Part shown: positions 20,401 through 30,248 of the stretch, piece after piece
How positions within the stretch are numbered: the stretch's first letter is position 1
How the letters are laid out: the number at the start of each line of letters is the position of its first letter
Origin: a virus
IMG/VR virus record: IMGVR_UViG_3300030116_004255
Location: 1-64,000 of that record
Reading direction: 5' to 3' (one strand)
DNA length: 64,000 nt
The notes under the pieces: generated by a model
The model's database searches: none
Told to the model about the DNA's origin: nothing
What the model saw: only the letters and a program-made list of their open reading frames with translations
Program-made: the position numbers and the translations under genes

Positions 20401-23400
20401 TCATTAAAAGTGACATCACTTGTAGTTCCTACTGCTTGACCAATACTTATTTGACCTGAAGATAAAGTGACGCCTGTTCCAGCACTAAAGTGTGATCTAA
20501 CTTCGCTTGCACTAGGTCCTGTATAAGTTATAACACCAGTGCTTGAATTGTATGCTAAAGATCCGTCACCACCACTATCAGTGACACTTATAGCACTTCT
20601 TGATCTTGCGTCTGTATAGTAAAGATTGCTACTACCTTCTGTAAGGTTGTCTGTTGTACTTGCACTTAAACTTGAACCAGCAACAGAAACGACAGAGTCT
20701 CCACCCATACCTGAGTGTGCAGAACAGTAATAGTATAGAGTGTCTGGTGTTGCTGCGTTAACGACTATTTGAGTATATGCACCTGAAGATCCTGGTGATC
20801 CATTTGTTGTGACACTAGTTGTATATGCAGATCCAGAGTTATGTGTACCGTCTTTAGTTGTAGACAATACTAATGGGTGTCCATTGTTAGAACTGTCGCT
20901 TTGATCAAACCTATATGTGACACCAGGTATAAGCTGTATGCTTGCAGCAGTTTCTCCGTCTAAATGATATTTGTTTCCACTAACATTTGCTACTGTGACT
21001 GCAAATTCAATTATTGCAGTATTGCTTTCAAAATTAACTGTTTTATTGGTTAGTGTGTCTGTGCTTGTAGGTGTAAAATCTGCGCTCAGTGATCCTGAAG
21101 AATAGGTAAGTCCAGTTCCAATTTCGTTTTCGCCTATTAACTCAACCCAGTTTCCTGCGTGTGCGTAATATGCTCTACCTGTGCCGTGAACATGAGCAAA
21201 CATACCATGATAAGTTGAGGCGCTAGGTAGATCACTCTCATTTGAATATATGTTTGCAAATAATACTTTTTGTCCATTCATATCAAGATCTGAACTATTA
21301 TCAAAAGCTATTGTTCCAGAACTAAAACTTATATTTGTACCACCACTAAAACTAGAAAGAGTTGTAAAAGCAGAAGTAGAGTTGTCATAGTTTGACAAGT
21401 CATTATCTACAACAAAGTCATAATTATTATTTGCATCGTCATAAGTAATAGTAATAAGTGTCTGTGTTCCCATAGTAAGAGCTGTTCCAAGTGCGTCTTG
21501 TGCTCTTTCATTTGTAAAGTATAGATTTGTAGAACCTTCAGATAAATTGTCAGTATCAAACGCTGACATATTGACAGCAACAGTTGGGGTAGCTGTTTCA
21601 CCACTGTTGTTAGAAAGTGTTATACCTGTTCCAGCAACAAGACTTGCTACATAAGCACCCTCAGTATCAGTTCCCAAGTTAAGAGGTTCATTTACAAAAG
21701 CAGAACCGTTATATCTAAGTATGTCACCTGTTGTAGTTGAAGTCAGTGTGACATCTGTTAGATCTCCAATACTAGCTGCTGCTATACGAGCATCTGCTCT
21801 AGCGTTTGTATAATAAAGATTTGTGCTACCTTCTGATAAGTCGTCAGTATCTTTTGTTGCGAGTCTAGTATCAAAAGCACTGTTGACTCTGGCATCTGTA
21901 TAATAAAGGTTTGTACTTCCCTCACTTAAATCATCTGTGTCTTTAGCTGTAAATGCACTATCAAATCTTGCTTGTGTGTAGTAAAGGTTGCTTGATCCTT
22001 CAGAGAGATCGTCGGTAGTATTGTTAGAAAGATCATCCTCAGTTGCAGATATTGTTAATGTTCCAGCAGCGTCATCATAAGTAAGACTTACATTTGATCC
22101 TGCTGTTAATAATGTATTAACTTGATCATCTACTCGTTCAGCAGTGAAGTATAAATTAGAAGATCCTTCACTCAAACTATCTGTATCGTGATTTGAAATA
22201 CTAGAAACTGTACCAGTGACAGTACCTTCTAAGTTTGCGATTAATGTACCAACAGTGTGTCCAGTTGCAGTTATGTCAACAGTAGAGGTTGGCTCAGTCT
22301 GTAATCCGTGAAATAATCTAAATTTATCAGATTGGCTTGCGTCCCAAACTAAACCTGCATATTTTGTTGTTGATGATTGTACATATTCACCATAGAAACC
22401 AATATCAACTGAGTTTCCAGAGTTTTCGTCAGCATACTTAAATAATGGATCATTGACAGTCACAGTAGTTGAGTCAACTGTTGTAGTAGTTCCCTGTACT
22501 GTTAAGTTTCCTGTAATTGTTGCATTACCAGCAACACTAATATTTGTAGATGTAATGTCGTCAGAAGTTAATGTTCCGTCAACTTGTACATTGTTAAACT
22601 GTACATTATCAGTAGTTCCTACGGCCTGACCAATAGATATTTCGCCAGACGAAATACCAACACCTGTTCCTGCACTAAAATGCGCTCTGACCTCTGATGC
22701 TGATGGACCTGTGTAAGTAAACACTCCTGTCGTGTTGTCATAACTTAGCGATCCATCTCCACCAGCATCAGAAACAGATAAACCTGTTAATGTAATAAAT
22801 GCTGAATTTGTATTTGAATAGTTTGCTAGATCATTATCTACAACAAAATCAAATCTGTCATTTGTGTCGTCAAAAGATACTGTAATTAAAGTTTCTGTTC
22901 CGCCAGTGACCATTGCACCAACTTTATCTGTAAAACTTTCGTCTATTTCAGTTAGATCTACAACAAAAGATAAAGTACCTGAGCTTTCAGTAATATCTAC
23001 ACCTGCACCACCAGTAAAGGTAATAGTATTACCTAAAGCAATATCAGTTGAATTGCTACCGTCAGTGACAGTTATAGAGCTATTAGTAAAAGCTGAGTTT
23101 GGTAAATTAGTAATTGTATTACTAGCACCACTTATTGTTTTGTTAGTTAATGTATCAGTTGAGCTTTGTGTAATAAGTTCGTCATAAGATTGATTTTCGC
23201 CAGCAACCCAACGATTAGCTGAAACATCATAAAATATTCTTGCGTCGTCTGTGTCGCTTGTTTCGACAATAATACCGCTATCTACTTCGCCATTACCATT
23301 ATTTAATTTTATAAACGCGTCATCAACATATACGACTTCAGCAGAAGTATTTAAAAATTCACCAGCAACACTTAAATTACCACCTATTGTCACAGATCCA

Positions 23401-23741
23401 GAAGTTGTTAATGTATTAAAAGTGACATCATCGCTTGTACCAAGACTTAAACTATCTCGTGCTGTTGAACCACTTTCTACAACCCATTGTGTTCCGTCTG
23501 AAACTATAAAAGATCCGTCTGCGTGTACTAAGTTAGCTAGTGTAGTGAGATCGGCGTCATAGGCTTGTACATCAGATCCAATTTGTAGACCTATACCAAT
23601 TCTTAATGCAGCTAGAGTAGCATAACTTGCACCAGTACCACCATCGTCTAAACCAATGTAATCTGCCGATTGAAACTCCGCAAAACCGTCAGGATTTCCT
23701 TCGCTATCAATATTCAGCCTTATGGGGTTTTTTTCTGCCAT
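17409..23741 (-). CDS. Giant modular long tail fibre (2110 aa)
   Basis: Ser/Thr/Gly-rich; 11 copies of TDxLxEGxxNLY(Y/F)T and repeated GNLTVxGTTTT modules. Confidence 0.85.
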   Translation of the reverse strand: MAEKNPIRLNIDSEGNPDGFAEFQSADYIGLDDGGTGASYATLAALRIGIGLQIGSDVQAYDADLTTLANLVHADGSFIVSDGTQWVVESGSTARDSLSLGTSDDVTFNTLTTSGSVTIGGNLSVAGEFLNTSAEVVYVDDAFIKLNNGNGEVDSGIIVETSDTDDARIFYDVSANRWVAGENQSYDELITQSSTDTLTNKTISGASNTITNLPNSAFTNSSITVTDGSNSTDIALGNTITFTGGAGVDITESSGTLSFVVDLTEIDESFTDKVGAMVTGGTETLITVSFDDTNDRFDFVVDNDLANYSNTNSAFITLTGLSVSDAGGDGSLSYDNTTGVFTYTGPSASEVRAHFSAGTGVGISSGEISIGQAVGTTDNVQFNNVQVDGTLTSDDITSTNISVAGNATITGNLTVQGTTTTVDSTTVTVNDPLFKYADENSGNSVDIGFYGEYVQSSTTKYAGLVWDASQSDKFRLFHGLQTEPTSTVDITATGHTVGTLIANLEGTVTGTVSSISNHDTDSLSEGSSNLYFTAERVDDQVNTLLTAGSNVSLTYDDAAGTLTISATEDDLSNNTTDDLSEGSSNLYYTQARFDSAFTAKDTDDLSEGSTNLYYTDARVNSAFDTRLATKDTDDLSEGSTNLYYTNARADARIAAASIGDLTDVTLTSTTTGDILRYNGSAFVNEPLNLGTDTEGAYVASLVAGTGITLSNNSGETATPTVAVNMSAFDTDNLSEGSTNLYFTNERAQDALGTALTMGTQTLITITYDDANNNYDFVVDNDLSNYDNSTSAFTTLSSFSGGTNISFSSGTIAFDNSSDLDMNGQKVLFANIYSNESDLPSASTYHGMFAHVHGTGRAYYAHAGNWVELIGENEIGTGLTYSSGSLSADFTPTSTDTLTNKTVNFESNTAIIEFAVTVANVSGNKYHLDGETAASIQLIPGVTYRFDQSDSSNNGHPLVLSTTKDGTHNSGSAYTTSVTTNGSPGSSGAYTQIVVNAATPDTLYYYCSAHSGMGGDSVVSVAGSSLSASTTDNLTEGSSNLYYTDARSRSAISVTDSGGDGSLAYNSSTGVITYTGPSASEVRSHFSAGTGVTLSSGQISIGQAVGTTSDVTFNDLTVSGDLTVSGTTTTINTETLTVDDNIIVLNNNVTGTPSENAGIEIERGTSTNKTLIWDESDDKWTVGSERFDAGSIYSTFTGNLTGNVTGNVTGTVSSISNHDTDSLSEGSSNLYYTDTRVNSAFDTRLATKNTDNLSEGPNNLYYTDTRADARISAASVGDLSDVDITTSAPTSGQALVWNASNSEFEPGDVTSSLTGLSDTTISSLATNEILAYNGSAWVNTDTPIFGTGTRLYASGSNTFFGPALDFYTDSDSPAGGGTDIGGSGDTLGTINFYGNSSGSGDGGDFKYASIQGRIDTVGSKGALEIVTSSSKVAEFNDDGLHLHAGRTIKFEGSSLNGFETKLTVANPTADRTITFKNQSGTVAYTTDVPSFTDSLAEGGTNLYFTNARADARIAAADLNDLNDVLFSDPTSSDDAKVVSYSDTSGGFVLSSLGGLSGSGEVNTASNQNTAGIGVFKQKTGEDLEFRGINAGSAKITVTNDTTNDEIDIDFGTVSIADLSDVITTSVSDGQALVYSSSNSRFEPGDVTATLSGLTDTTITSPSNGQLIKYNGSAFVNFTADTDDIGEGSTNLYYTDARVNTAFDTRLATKDTDNLSEGSSNLYYTDARVQTKIDSYVTGGTGVTISSGEVAIGQAVATTSNVTFNDLVVSGNLTVSGTTTTVNTETINLADNVIVINSNATGSASENGGIEIERGDDTNKTLIWNESTDKWTVGSETFVAGTFEGNATGITTAAITALTEDSSPAETDLIVVYDGSANALKKVAKSNFAASATFSVNDEMPLTLADGSSDPIEFTNVGTSATDLDLTLADGTVDPINITGTSNSATTFRDGDTDTFIRVESSSSDNDEIEMHTAGTERLNISSAGVFDFKGNNLKAYSETKQTVTSSSGVVAIDMSAGNTGAITLSENITDIDFTNVPTSGVATFTLQLTQDSTDRTVAINAVTINGGSDVTAKTVGGAGYTMTTGSGSIDLITFLFVDAGTPLLNAQQNFS

Positions 23742-24922
23742 TATTCGCTCATATCTATATTTTCTGTTTCCGTAGTCCCATCAGCTTTAGTTCTTGTGAA
23801 AACTAGTGATTTACCGTCTGAGGTTGGGGGCATAATAATTCTGGACAAAGTGCTACCGTCTGCTTGTAGAACTTCTATTGCTCTTGTACTCATAGCCACC
23901 GTTGATCCACCACCATTTACCGATGCTGTCGTTGTGACAGGAATAAAATGATTTTTAAGCGGAACACCACTACTCGAACCAGTTTTCAACGCTAGTGGCA
24001 TTTTACCACTATGACTTAGAGTTATTGGTATCTTGGCTGATAGGTTAACAATCCTTTGCGTTGCGTCAGTTGTTATATCAAGTTTTCCAGATCTTTCAAC
24101 TCTATTTATTGAGGGTGTAAAAGTTTCCAAACTTAAAGTATCTGTGGTGCTACTTGCTGCAACAGTAGTTTCATTTGCTACTGCTATGTTTTGAAATATG
24201 TTTTGTGATCCTGATCCGCTAGCAGTGGAGGTTATAGTTATTTGATCATTGTTAGAATCAGAAGTTAATGTAATACCGCTACCTGCAATAAAAGTAAGTG
24301 TGTCTGAAGAGGAGTCTGCTACTACTGAAGATCCACTAGCACTTCCAGATCCAGCACTTACGCCGAAATTTGTAAAAGCATTTGCTGCTGTGTTGGTGTT
24401 TGCAATAGTGACTTTTTTTGGTGTAGCACTTGTATCCGTGCTGATAGAAATACCAGAACCAGCCTCAAACTCTACATTTTCAGAAGTTGAACTAGCTGAT
24501 ATTGTGGTATTACCATTTACAACAATTCCTGCAAAAGCATATTGTGCTGTTGCTGGTGTTGACCAAGATATATTACCTAACCCATCTGTTGTTAATACTT
24601 GTCCAGAATCACCGTCAGAACCGTTAATTCTTAATTTAGCTGAAAGAATATCAATTCTTTGTGAACTATCAATTTTTAAAGCCTCAGTGCTTGCAGTACC
24701 AAATTTTATATATGTATTTGACGCAGTAGTACCAATAGATAAATTACCGTCTGATACTACTGTTTGTCCGTCAAGATATAAGTTATCGTTTAAAGATACG
24801 ATTTGCACAGTTGCATTTGATAGGGTATATCCTTCGCCAGAACTAGAGCTGTCGAAAAAATCGTCTTGTGTTGTTAAATTGTTTATTTCTAAAGTTGATC
24901 TGCTATGTGTTGTTAAAGACAT
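23741..24922 (-). CDS. Tail fibre protein
   Basis: GDSGQVLTTDGLGNISW and repeated ADSSSDTLTFIAGSGITL modules. Confidence 0.75.
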   Translation of the reverse strand: MSLTTHSRSTLEINNLTTQDDFFDSSSSGEGYTLSNATVQIVSLNDNLYLDGQTVVSDGNLSIGTTASNTYIKFGTASTEALKIDSSQRIDILSAKLRINGSDGDSGQVLTTDGLGNISWSTPATAQYAFAGIVVNGNTTISASSTSENVEFEAGSGISISTDTSATPKKVTIANTNTAANAFTNFGVSAGSGSASGSSVVADSSSDTLTFIAGSGITLTSDSNNDQITITSTASGSGSQNIFQNIAVANETTVAASSTTDTLSLETFTPSINRVERSGKLDITTDATQRIVNLSAKIPITLSHSGKMPLALKTGSSSGVPLKNHFIPVTTTASVNGGGSTVAMSTRAIEVLQADGSTLSRIIMPPTSDGKSLVFTRTKADGTTETENIDMSE

Positions 24923-25160
24923 TGCTTAACTCCTGTATGTCGTAAGAACCCCCTAAACTTACATATACATCTTTTAAATTCTTTGTTTTACTTTTAAGGT
25001 CTTCTAACTGATATTTCCACTCTTCATAATCAGGGTGAGATTGATCAAGTGGTTCTAATAAAATAGTGAATATCTGGACTTCGCTTTGTAGTATTTGATC
25101 AATTAAAAATCTTCTTTTTAATTTGTCGTTAAATACATTAAATTCATAAGATTCAGACAT
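24903..25160 (-). CDS. Small helical hypothetical protein
   Basis: GGGAG RBS; overlaps the next gene. Confidence 0.6.
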   Translation of the reverse strand: MSESYEFNVFNDKLKRRFLIDQILQSEVQIFTILLEPLDQSHPDYEEWKYQLEDLKSKTKNLKDVYVSLGGSYDIQELSNVFNNT

Positions 25161-25219
25161 AGACTCCCTATTAGATACTTTTTATATTACTTAGGGATTT
25201 TTGGATTTAAGGTTTTTGG

Positions 25220-25411
25220 TTATTCCTGCAATTCAGTAAGTTTAGCTTTTAGATCTGTAATTCTATCTGTAAGAATAGCAATTTCATTATCGTGGCCACC
25301 TTCAGCATTTGAAAGTTCCATTTCAAATATTCTTTCCTCTTCACTTTTAATTCTTGCTTGAACGAAAGCTATTTGATCTTCAGTTGATAAGTATTCGTAT
25401 GTATAAGGCAT
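25220..25411 (-). CDS. Small acidic coiled-coil protein
   Basis: Resembles 26182..26394. Confidence 0.6.
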   Translation of the reverse strand: MPYTYEYLSTEDQIAFVQARIKSEEERIFEMELSNAEGGHDNEIAILTDRITDLKAKLTELQE

Positions 25412-25420
25412 AGTTAAATA

Positions 25421-26185
25421 CTACCTTTTATCTTTAAATCTTTGAGTAATTGCTCTATAAGAGTTTTTGAATTTAGAATTAAGTTCACTCTTTTCAACTC
25501 TATCTAAATCTATATCTTTTTGTGTCATTTGATCAACTTTAAAATCCCAATCTTCTCTTTTAAAAGGTATGACTTGTATAAAAGGCGTTCCTCTGTCTAT
25601 GACTACATCTTTTGTTGAGTGCCATATTGTAGGAAAGTTTATGTGGTGATAGTGATCTGTTTCTACTATGCCAGGCAACACAGTAAATCTTTTTTCAAAC
25701 TGATACACAGGTTGCATAAATAAAACTGAATATCCTGGTGGTGTGTAAATGCGCCACGGATTATTAAATTTTACCCCTTCTTTAAAATCTGTTTTCTTTA
25801 ATGGCCAATTATATATTTGTTGATTCGAGTGAAAATCTATACCATATTGGGACATACCTTTATTGTCCCACTCCAAAGTTTCCATATCTCTTTGAACTAA
25901 AAAGTCAGCCCACATTGGAATAATATAACCCTGAGTTATTAGATCGACAATAGCAGGACATCTTTTTACTGTTCCACCACTCCATTTAATAGCCGTTTCT
26001 TTTGATTTTCCAAAGTAATTTGGTTTACCTTTTTCGTGAACAGCTTCTTGAATTATGTATTCATTCATACTTTTAAACCAATTAGGTATAAAAAATTTAG
26101 ATGGTTTTATACGAGCATAATTTTCAAGACCTGCAACATCCGTCTTAAATTCTATAAACTTGTTTCCCCCCAAATCAAATTTCAA
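25421..26185 (-). CDS. DUF6065-like protein, paralog 3
   Basis: VKRCPAIVDLITQGYIIPMW, NPWRIYTPPGYS, PGIVETD and RGTPFIQVIPFKRE. Confidence 0.6.
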   Translation of the reverse strand: MKFDLGGNKFIEFKTDVAGLENYARIKPSKFFIPNWFKSMNEYIIQEAVHEKGKPNYFGKSKETAIKWSGGTVKRCPAIVDLITQGYIIPMWADFLVQRDMETLEWDNKGMSQYGIDFHSNQQIYNWPLKKTDFKEGVKFNNPWRIYTPPGYSVLFMQPVYQFEKRFTVLPGIVETDHYHHINFPTIWHSTKDVVIDRGTPFIQVIPFKREDWDFKVDQMTQKDIDLDRVEKSELNSKFKNSYRAITQRFKDKR

Positions 26186-26394
26186 TCGAATGTACCTCCT
26201 GCATCAGTATATTCAGTAGCTTTAGCGTTAATTTCATTTTCTATTTCGGTAAGAATGTCATCTTCTTTATCAGTTCTATTTTTGTAATTGTAATGTTTCA
26301 TTTCAAGTTCTTGCAATTCATCTTTAAGTCTTTCAAGTAATTCTTCATTAGACTCTGATTCTGGCTCTTCAAAAATTTTATATGTTATAGTCAT
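26182..26394 (-). CDS. Small acidic coiled-coil protein
   Basis: Coupled to the central fibre gene. Confidence 0.6.
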   Translation of the reverse strand: MTITYKIFEEPESESNEELLERLKDELQELEMKHYNYKNRTDKEDDILTEIENEINAKATEYTDAGGTFD

Positions 26395-29300
26395 TAAGCA
26401 CCTTCTAGCTCATCTATTCTTGCTTCTAATACATCTATCTTAGCTGATAATTGCTGAACTGCTTTTACTAATGGTCCTACAAATTGTGTATAGTCGACTC
26501 TTCCAAAGTCATCTGAATCACTTGTATAACTTTTATCTGTTTCAGTTATATCACCTATCTTTAAGCCACCAAAAGCATTATTACTCCCTGTTTCTGCAAA
26601 CACAGCACTTTTAACTTCCTGTGCTATAAAACCCTGTTGAGTATTTCCAACTAAACTTTTATATTTAGATGCTTCATCGTTATCATCGCTATACTCATTG
26701 TCTAAATATGATGATTTCCAATTAAAATCTCTTGGTTGTAATCTATTAATGAAATCAAGACCTAATGTTATGTCTGTAATATTTTCTTTAAGTCTTTCAT
26801 CAGAGTGACTCACATCAAATCTGTGTTGAGTGATTTGTCCATTTACATAGTTTTGATTTGCGTAGTTTGAGTGATTATGATTATTACCTGTTATTCCGTG
26901 TGGGTTTGTGGAGTTCATAACATGGCTAACTGAAAGTAAGCCGTTATGTGTATTGTGTATTCCACTATGATTGTGTGCGTTTCCATCTATATTATTGTTT
27001 GTTAAGTTTGAATTACCATTTCCATTTCCATTACCATTACCAGTTCCGTATGGGTGATTATGTCCTGCTGAAATATTAGTGCTATTATTTCCAAAACTTA
27101 AATTTATATTTCCATTTGAATTGTTAATGGTTATACCATTTGAGTTGTTAGAAAAGTTAGAAGTTGTTTCGACATTACCCCAAGACATACCATTTCCATT
27201 ACTTTTTAACACTTGACCTGAATTACCTGTATTACCTGATAATGACAAAGCTGTACTAACAGGTGTATAAATAGTCAAATTTGAAGTTGATGATCCTGAT
27301 AGTGTAAGACCTTCTGCTCTAAGTTCCATATCACCCTGACCAGATAATCCACCTGCATATATCTGTATATCATCCCCTATTTCATAACCATAAATTCTAA
27401 ATATATCAGTTCCAACAGCTTCTATAATTCCTCTTGTTCCTGAACTATAAATAAAGTCAATAGCAGAGCCTAAAGCAGCACCTATTTTTACTCTATTAGC
27501 ACCTGTCGAAGATTGTATAATTCCATTAGATCCACCACTTAAAGATGTGTCAACAGTTCCACTTATTGTTCCCCTAGCAGTCACATCATTAAAGAAAGCA
27601 TCGCCATCTGACTCAATGCGGAAACCCTGACTAGAACTATAATTTGTAGTTCTTATATTGTCGCTATCAATAGTTATTCCACCTAAAGTTCCACTTGTTA
27701 AAGCATCACCATCTTGAAAAGGTGTAAAATTTAGTTGGTTAGTTGTTATAGTGCTTGAAGCTATTTGACTTGCTGTAATAGAGTCAGCAGTAATTTTACC
27801 ACCATCAATAGTCGTAGAGTTTGAGTTTACATCACTTGCTGCACCACTAACTTGAATAAAACTAGTATTTAATAAAGAAGCATTTAAAGTTCCTGTTGTA
27901 ATATCACTAGCGTTTAGTGATCCTCTTATAGTTGCATTTTGAAACTCAGCGCTACCATCAGAATTTATAGACCAACCTGCTGATCCTGTTGAATAATTAG
28001 ATGATTTTATAATAGAGTCATTACCAGTATCGCCACTAGCGTCAAGAATTATTGTCTGTCCTGATATTGTACCTGCGGTGACTTTGCCTGCTGAAACATC
28101 AGCAACTTTTAAATCTGTTATTGCTGCATTAGCTATAAGTGCATTTGTGACAGCTAGGTTTGCAATATTTTGTGAATCAACTAAATCTGCACTACCGCTT
28201 TGTTCGTCAGAGGGTTCAGACTCATTACCAGAACTATCAACTGCTGTCACTCTAAAGTAATGAGTATCTGCATTATCTAGATCTATGTAGCCAACAGCAG
28301 CAATACTATTTTGTATATGTGCAGATGTTGCAACTAACTCACCAATTTTAAAACCTGTTTGTGTGACTTTTTTTGTTGTTGAGTTATATTCAAGATCAAA
28401 ACCAGTAGTGGTTGAAGCATATATATTTAAATGGCTAATATCTTTTGCAAGTGTAAAGTTTACAACTGGACTTACTGCATTACCATTGCTATCTTTTGCT
28501 TGTCCTAAGTTATGTACAAATTGAACTCTTAGTGGATTTGAGGCAATAGTTGCAAATCCGTCTGGTTTGTTTGGTGCGCCTGAGTCAGCAGGGGTTTGTA
28601 TTGAACTAACTGTTGAGTATGCACTGTCAAAACCTGCTAAGTCAACTGCTTGAACACCTATCTCATAATAAGTATTAGGTGAAAGATCATAAATAATAAA
28701 TTCTCTTGTATCAAACTCAACTGCTGAATATACATATTGAGTAGCTTGGTTATCATTAGTGTCAATAATATTATTACCGTCACTATCTTGAACTACACGC
28801 CATCTAATTCTGTAATAATCACCGTCAGTAATTGTAGATCCGTCAGTGTTGGTCGGTTGATTCCAAGTGACTTTTACAAATGCTTTAGATATACCATTAC
28901 CGTCTGAGTAAACACCAGCAACAGTATCTATACCATTATTACCAGCAGAGTTAACAGGTTGATCTGGAATAGACTTATCTGGGGAACCTGTTTGGTCAAC
29001 AGTATAACCACTCATTCCCAAACTCTCGCCAATAGTAGGTGCGACATCGCCAATTTCTAATTGGACATCTCCACTTTCCCAAAGTACATAATCAGTAAGT
29101 TCTGTATAGTTTCCATCTTTATCTCTGTAAAAAACACCATAACCCTGTTTCACAGGCCAAGTGACACCTAATATTCTTATCTTTGACGGATTAAGTATTT
29201 GTCCCTGATAAACAGTTTCGTGTAATGAAGATCTCCCATCTTCTATTCTGTCTGCTTCTGTATCTACAAAACCTATATCAGGATCAAAAATAAAAATTTT

Positions 29301-30248
29301 ATCGCCGACTGTAAAGTCTCCAGATATGTCATACTCCTCTAAAGAAACATTTAAAGTTTTCTTTAGTTCGTTCATTTCATTTAAATATGAAGTAGCCCTA
29401 GTAGTTTTGTTTTCACTTGTAGTTTGTGGATCTGAAACATATTGGGTTCTTGATAAAGCTGATCCAAATAAATCTTTGTATGGATTACTACTTACAGTTG
29501 CTTGTCCAATATTTGCTTCTGCACCATACTTATTAGCTATTAACTCTACTGATTTTACAAACTCACTAGCGTCATACTGAGCAACTAAAGTTGTTGTGTT
29601 TATACCAGAAATATTAGGATCGTCACCACTTTGTCCTCTCACAATAATTGTGGAGGGATCACTTGTGTGTCCAGAAAATATAGCGCCTACCGGTCCAGCG
29701 TCAATGAAACCTTTATTATCTACTTTAAATTCAACATTTAAATCTTGACATACATACTTAATTGCTTTTATTGCTGATTCTGCATAATGTTTACCAGTAT
29801 ATTTTTTGCTGTCAGTTGGCTCTGTTATAGTACCTTTTCTAATAGGTCCCTGACCACCAGATTCGTCCCTTAATAATCCTCTTGGTGTTCCTGTAAAATC
29901 TAATGTGTCCTCTAATGTTTTATTTTTATATGACCTAACACCAGTAGGACCACCTGTTTGAGCTATTGGCATACCTCTTGTGTCACTGTCACCTAAATAA
30001 GCAATCAAGCCCTGACCAGTTATTAAAACACTCTCGTCATCTCCTATTTCTAAAGAATAAACAATACCTGTGTATTCTGACGCTGATAGCAAAACACTAT
30101 CAGAAAATTCTTGCACATTTAGATCTCCTGGAACTATAACTATATGTCCCCAAGCATCTATTGTATTTATAACTGAGTTAGGTGTTATCTCTTTATTTAA
30201 AGACAAACTAAATTGTCCTGGAGCCATTAATTTTTCGGTGACAGACAT
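26394..30248 (-). CDS. Baseplate hub/central tail fibre with FN3 domains and C-terminal peptidase S74 intramolecular chaperone
   Basis: Position after the distal tail gene; FN3 (LSPNTYYEIGVQAVD, YFRVTAVDSSGNES); SDERLKENI...LVKAVQQLSAKI. Confidence 0.85.
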   Translation of the reverse strand: MSVTEKLMAPGQFSLSLNKEITPNSVINTIDAWGHIVIVPGDLNVQEFSDSVLLSASEYTGIVYSLEIGDDESVLITGQGLIAYLGDSDTRGMPIAQTGGPTGVRSYKNKTLEDTLDFTGTPRGLLRDESGGQGPIRKGTITEPTDSKKYTGKHYAESAIKAIKYVCQDLNVEFKVDNKGFIDAGPVGAIFSGHTSDPSTIIVRGQSGDDPNISGINTTTLVAQYDASEFVKSVELIANKYGAEANIGQATVSSNPYKDLFGSALSRTQYVSDPQTTSENKTTRATSYLNEMNELKKTLNVSLEEYDISGDFTVGDKIFIFDPDIGFVDTEADRIEDGRSSLHETVYQGQILNPSKIRILGVTWPVKQGYGVFYRDKDGNYTELTDYVLWESGDVQLEIGDVAPTIGESLGMSGYTVDQTGSPDKSIPDQPVNSAGNNGIDTVAGVYSDGNGISKAFVKVTWNQPTNTDGSTITDGDYYRIRWRVVQDSDGNNIIDTNDNQATQYVYSAVEFDTREFIIYDLSPNTYYEIGVQAVDLAGFDSAYSTVSSIQTPADSGAPNKPDGFATIASNPLRVQFVHNLGQAKDSNGNAVSPVVNFTLAKDISHLNIYASTTTGFDLEYNSTTKKVTQTGFKIGELVATSAHIQNSIAAVGYIDLDNADTHYFRVTAVDSSGNESEPSDEQSGSADLVDSQNIANLAVTNALIANAAITDLKVADVSAGKVTAGTISGQTIILDASGDTGNDSIIKSSNYSTGSAGWSINSDGSAEFQNATIRGSLNASDITTGTLNASLLNTSFIQVSGAASDVNSNSTTIDGGKITADSITASQIASSTITTNQLNFTPFQDGDALTSGTLGGITIDSDNIRTTNYSSSQGFRIESDGDAFFNDVTARGTISGTVDTSLSGGSNGIIQSSTGANRVKIGAALGSAIDFIYSSGTRGIIEAVGTDIFRIYGYEIGDDIQIYAGGLSGQGDMELRAEGLTLSGSSTSNLTIYTPVSTALSLSGNTGNSGQVLKSNGNGMSWGNVETTSNFSNNSNGITINNSNGNINLSFGNNSTNISAGHNHPYGTGNGNGNGNGNSNLTNNNIDGNAHNHSGIHNTHNGLLSVSHVMNSTNPHGITGNNHNHSNYANQNYVNGQITQHRFDVSHSDERLKENITDITLGLDFINRLQPRDFNWKSSYLDNEYSDDNDEASKYKSLVGNTQQGFIAQEVKSAVFAETGSNNAFGGLKIGDITETDKSYTSDSDDFGRVDYTQFVGPLVKAVQQLSAKIDVLEARIDELEGA

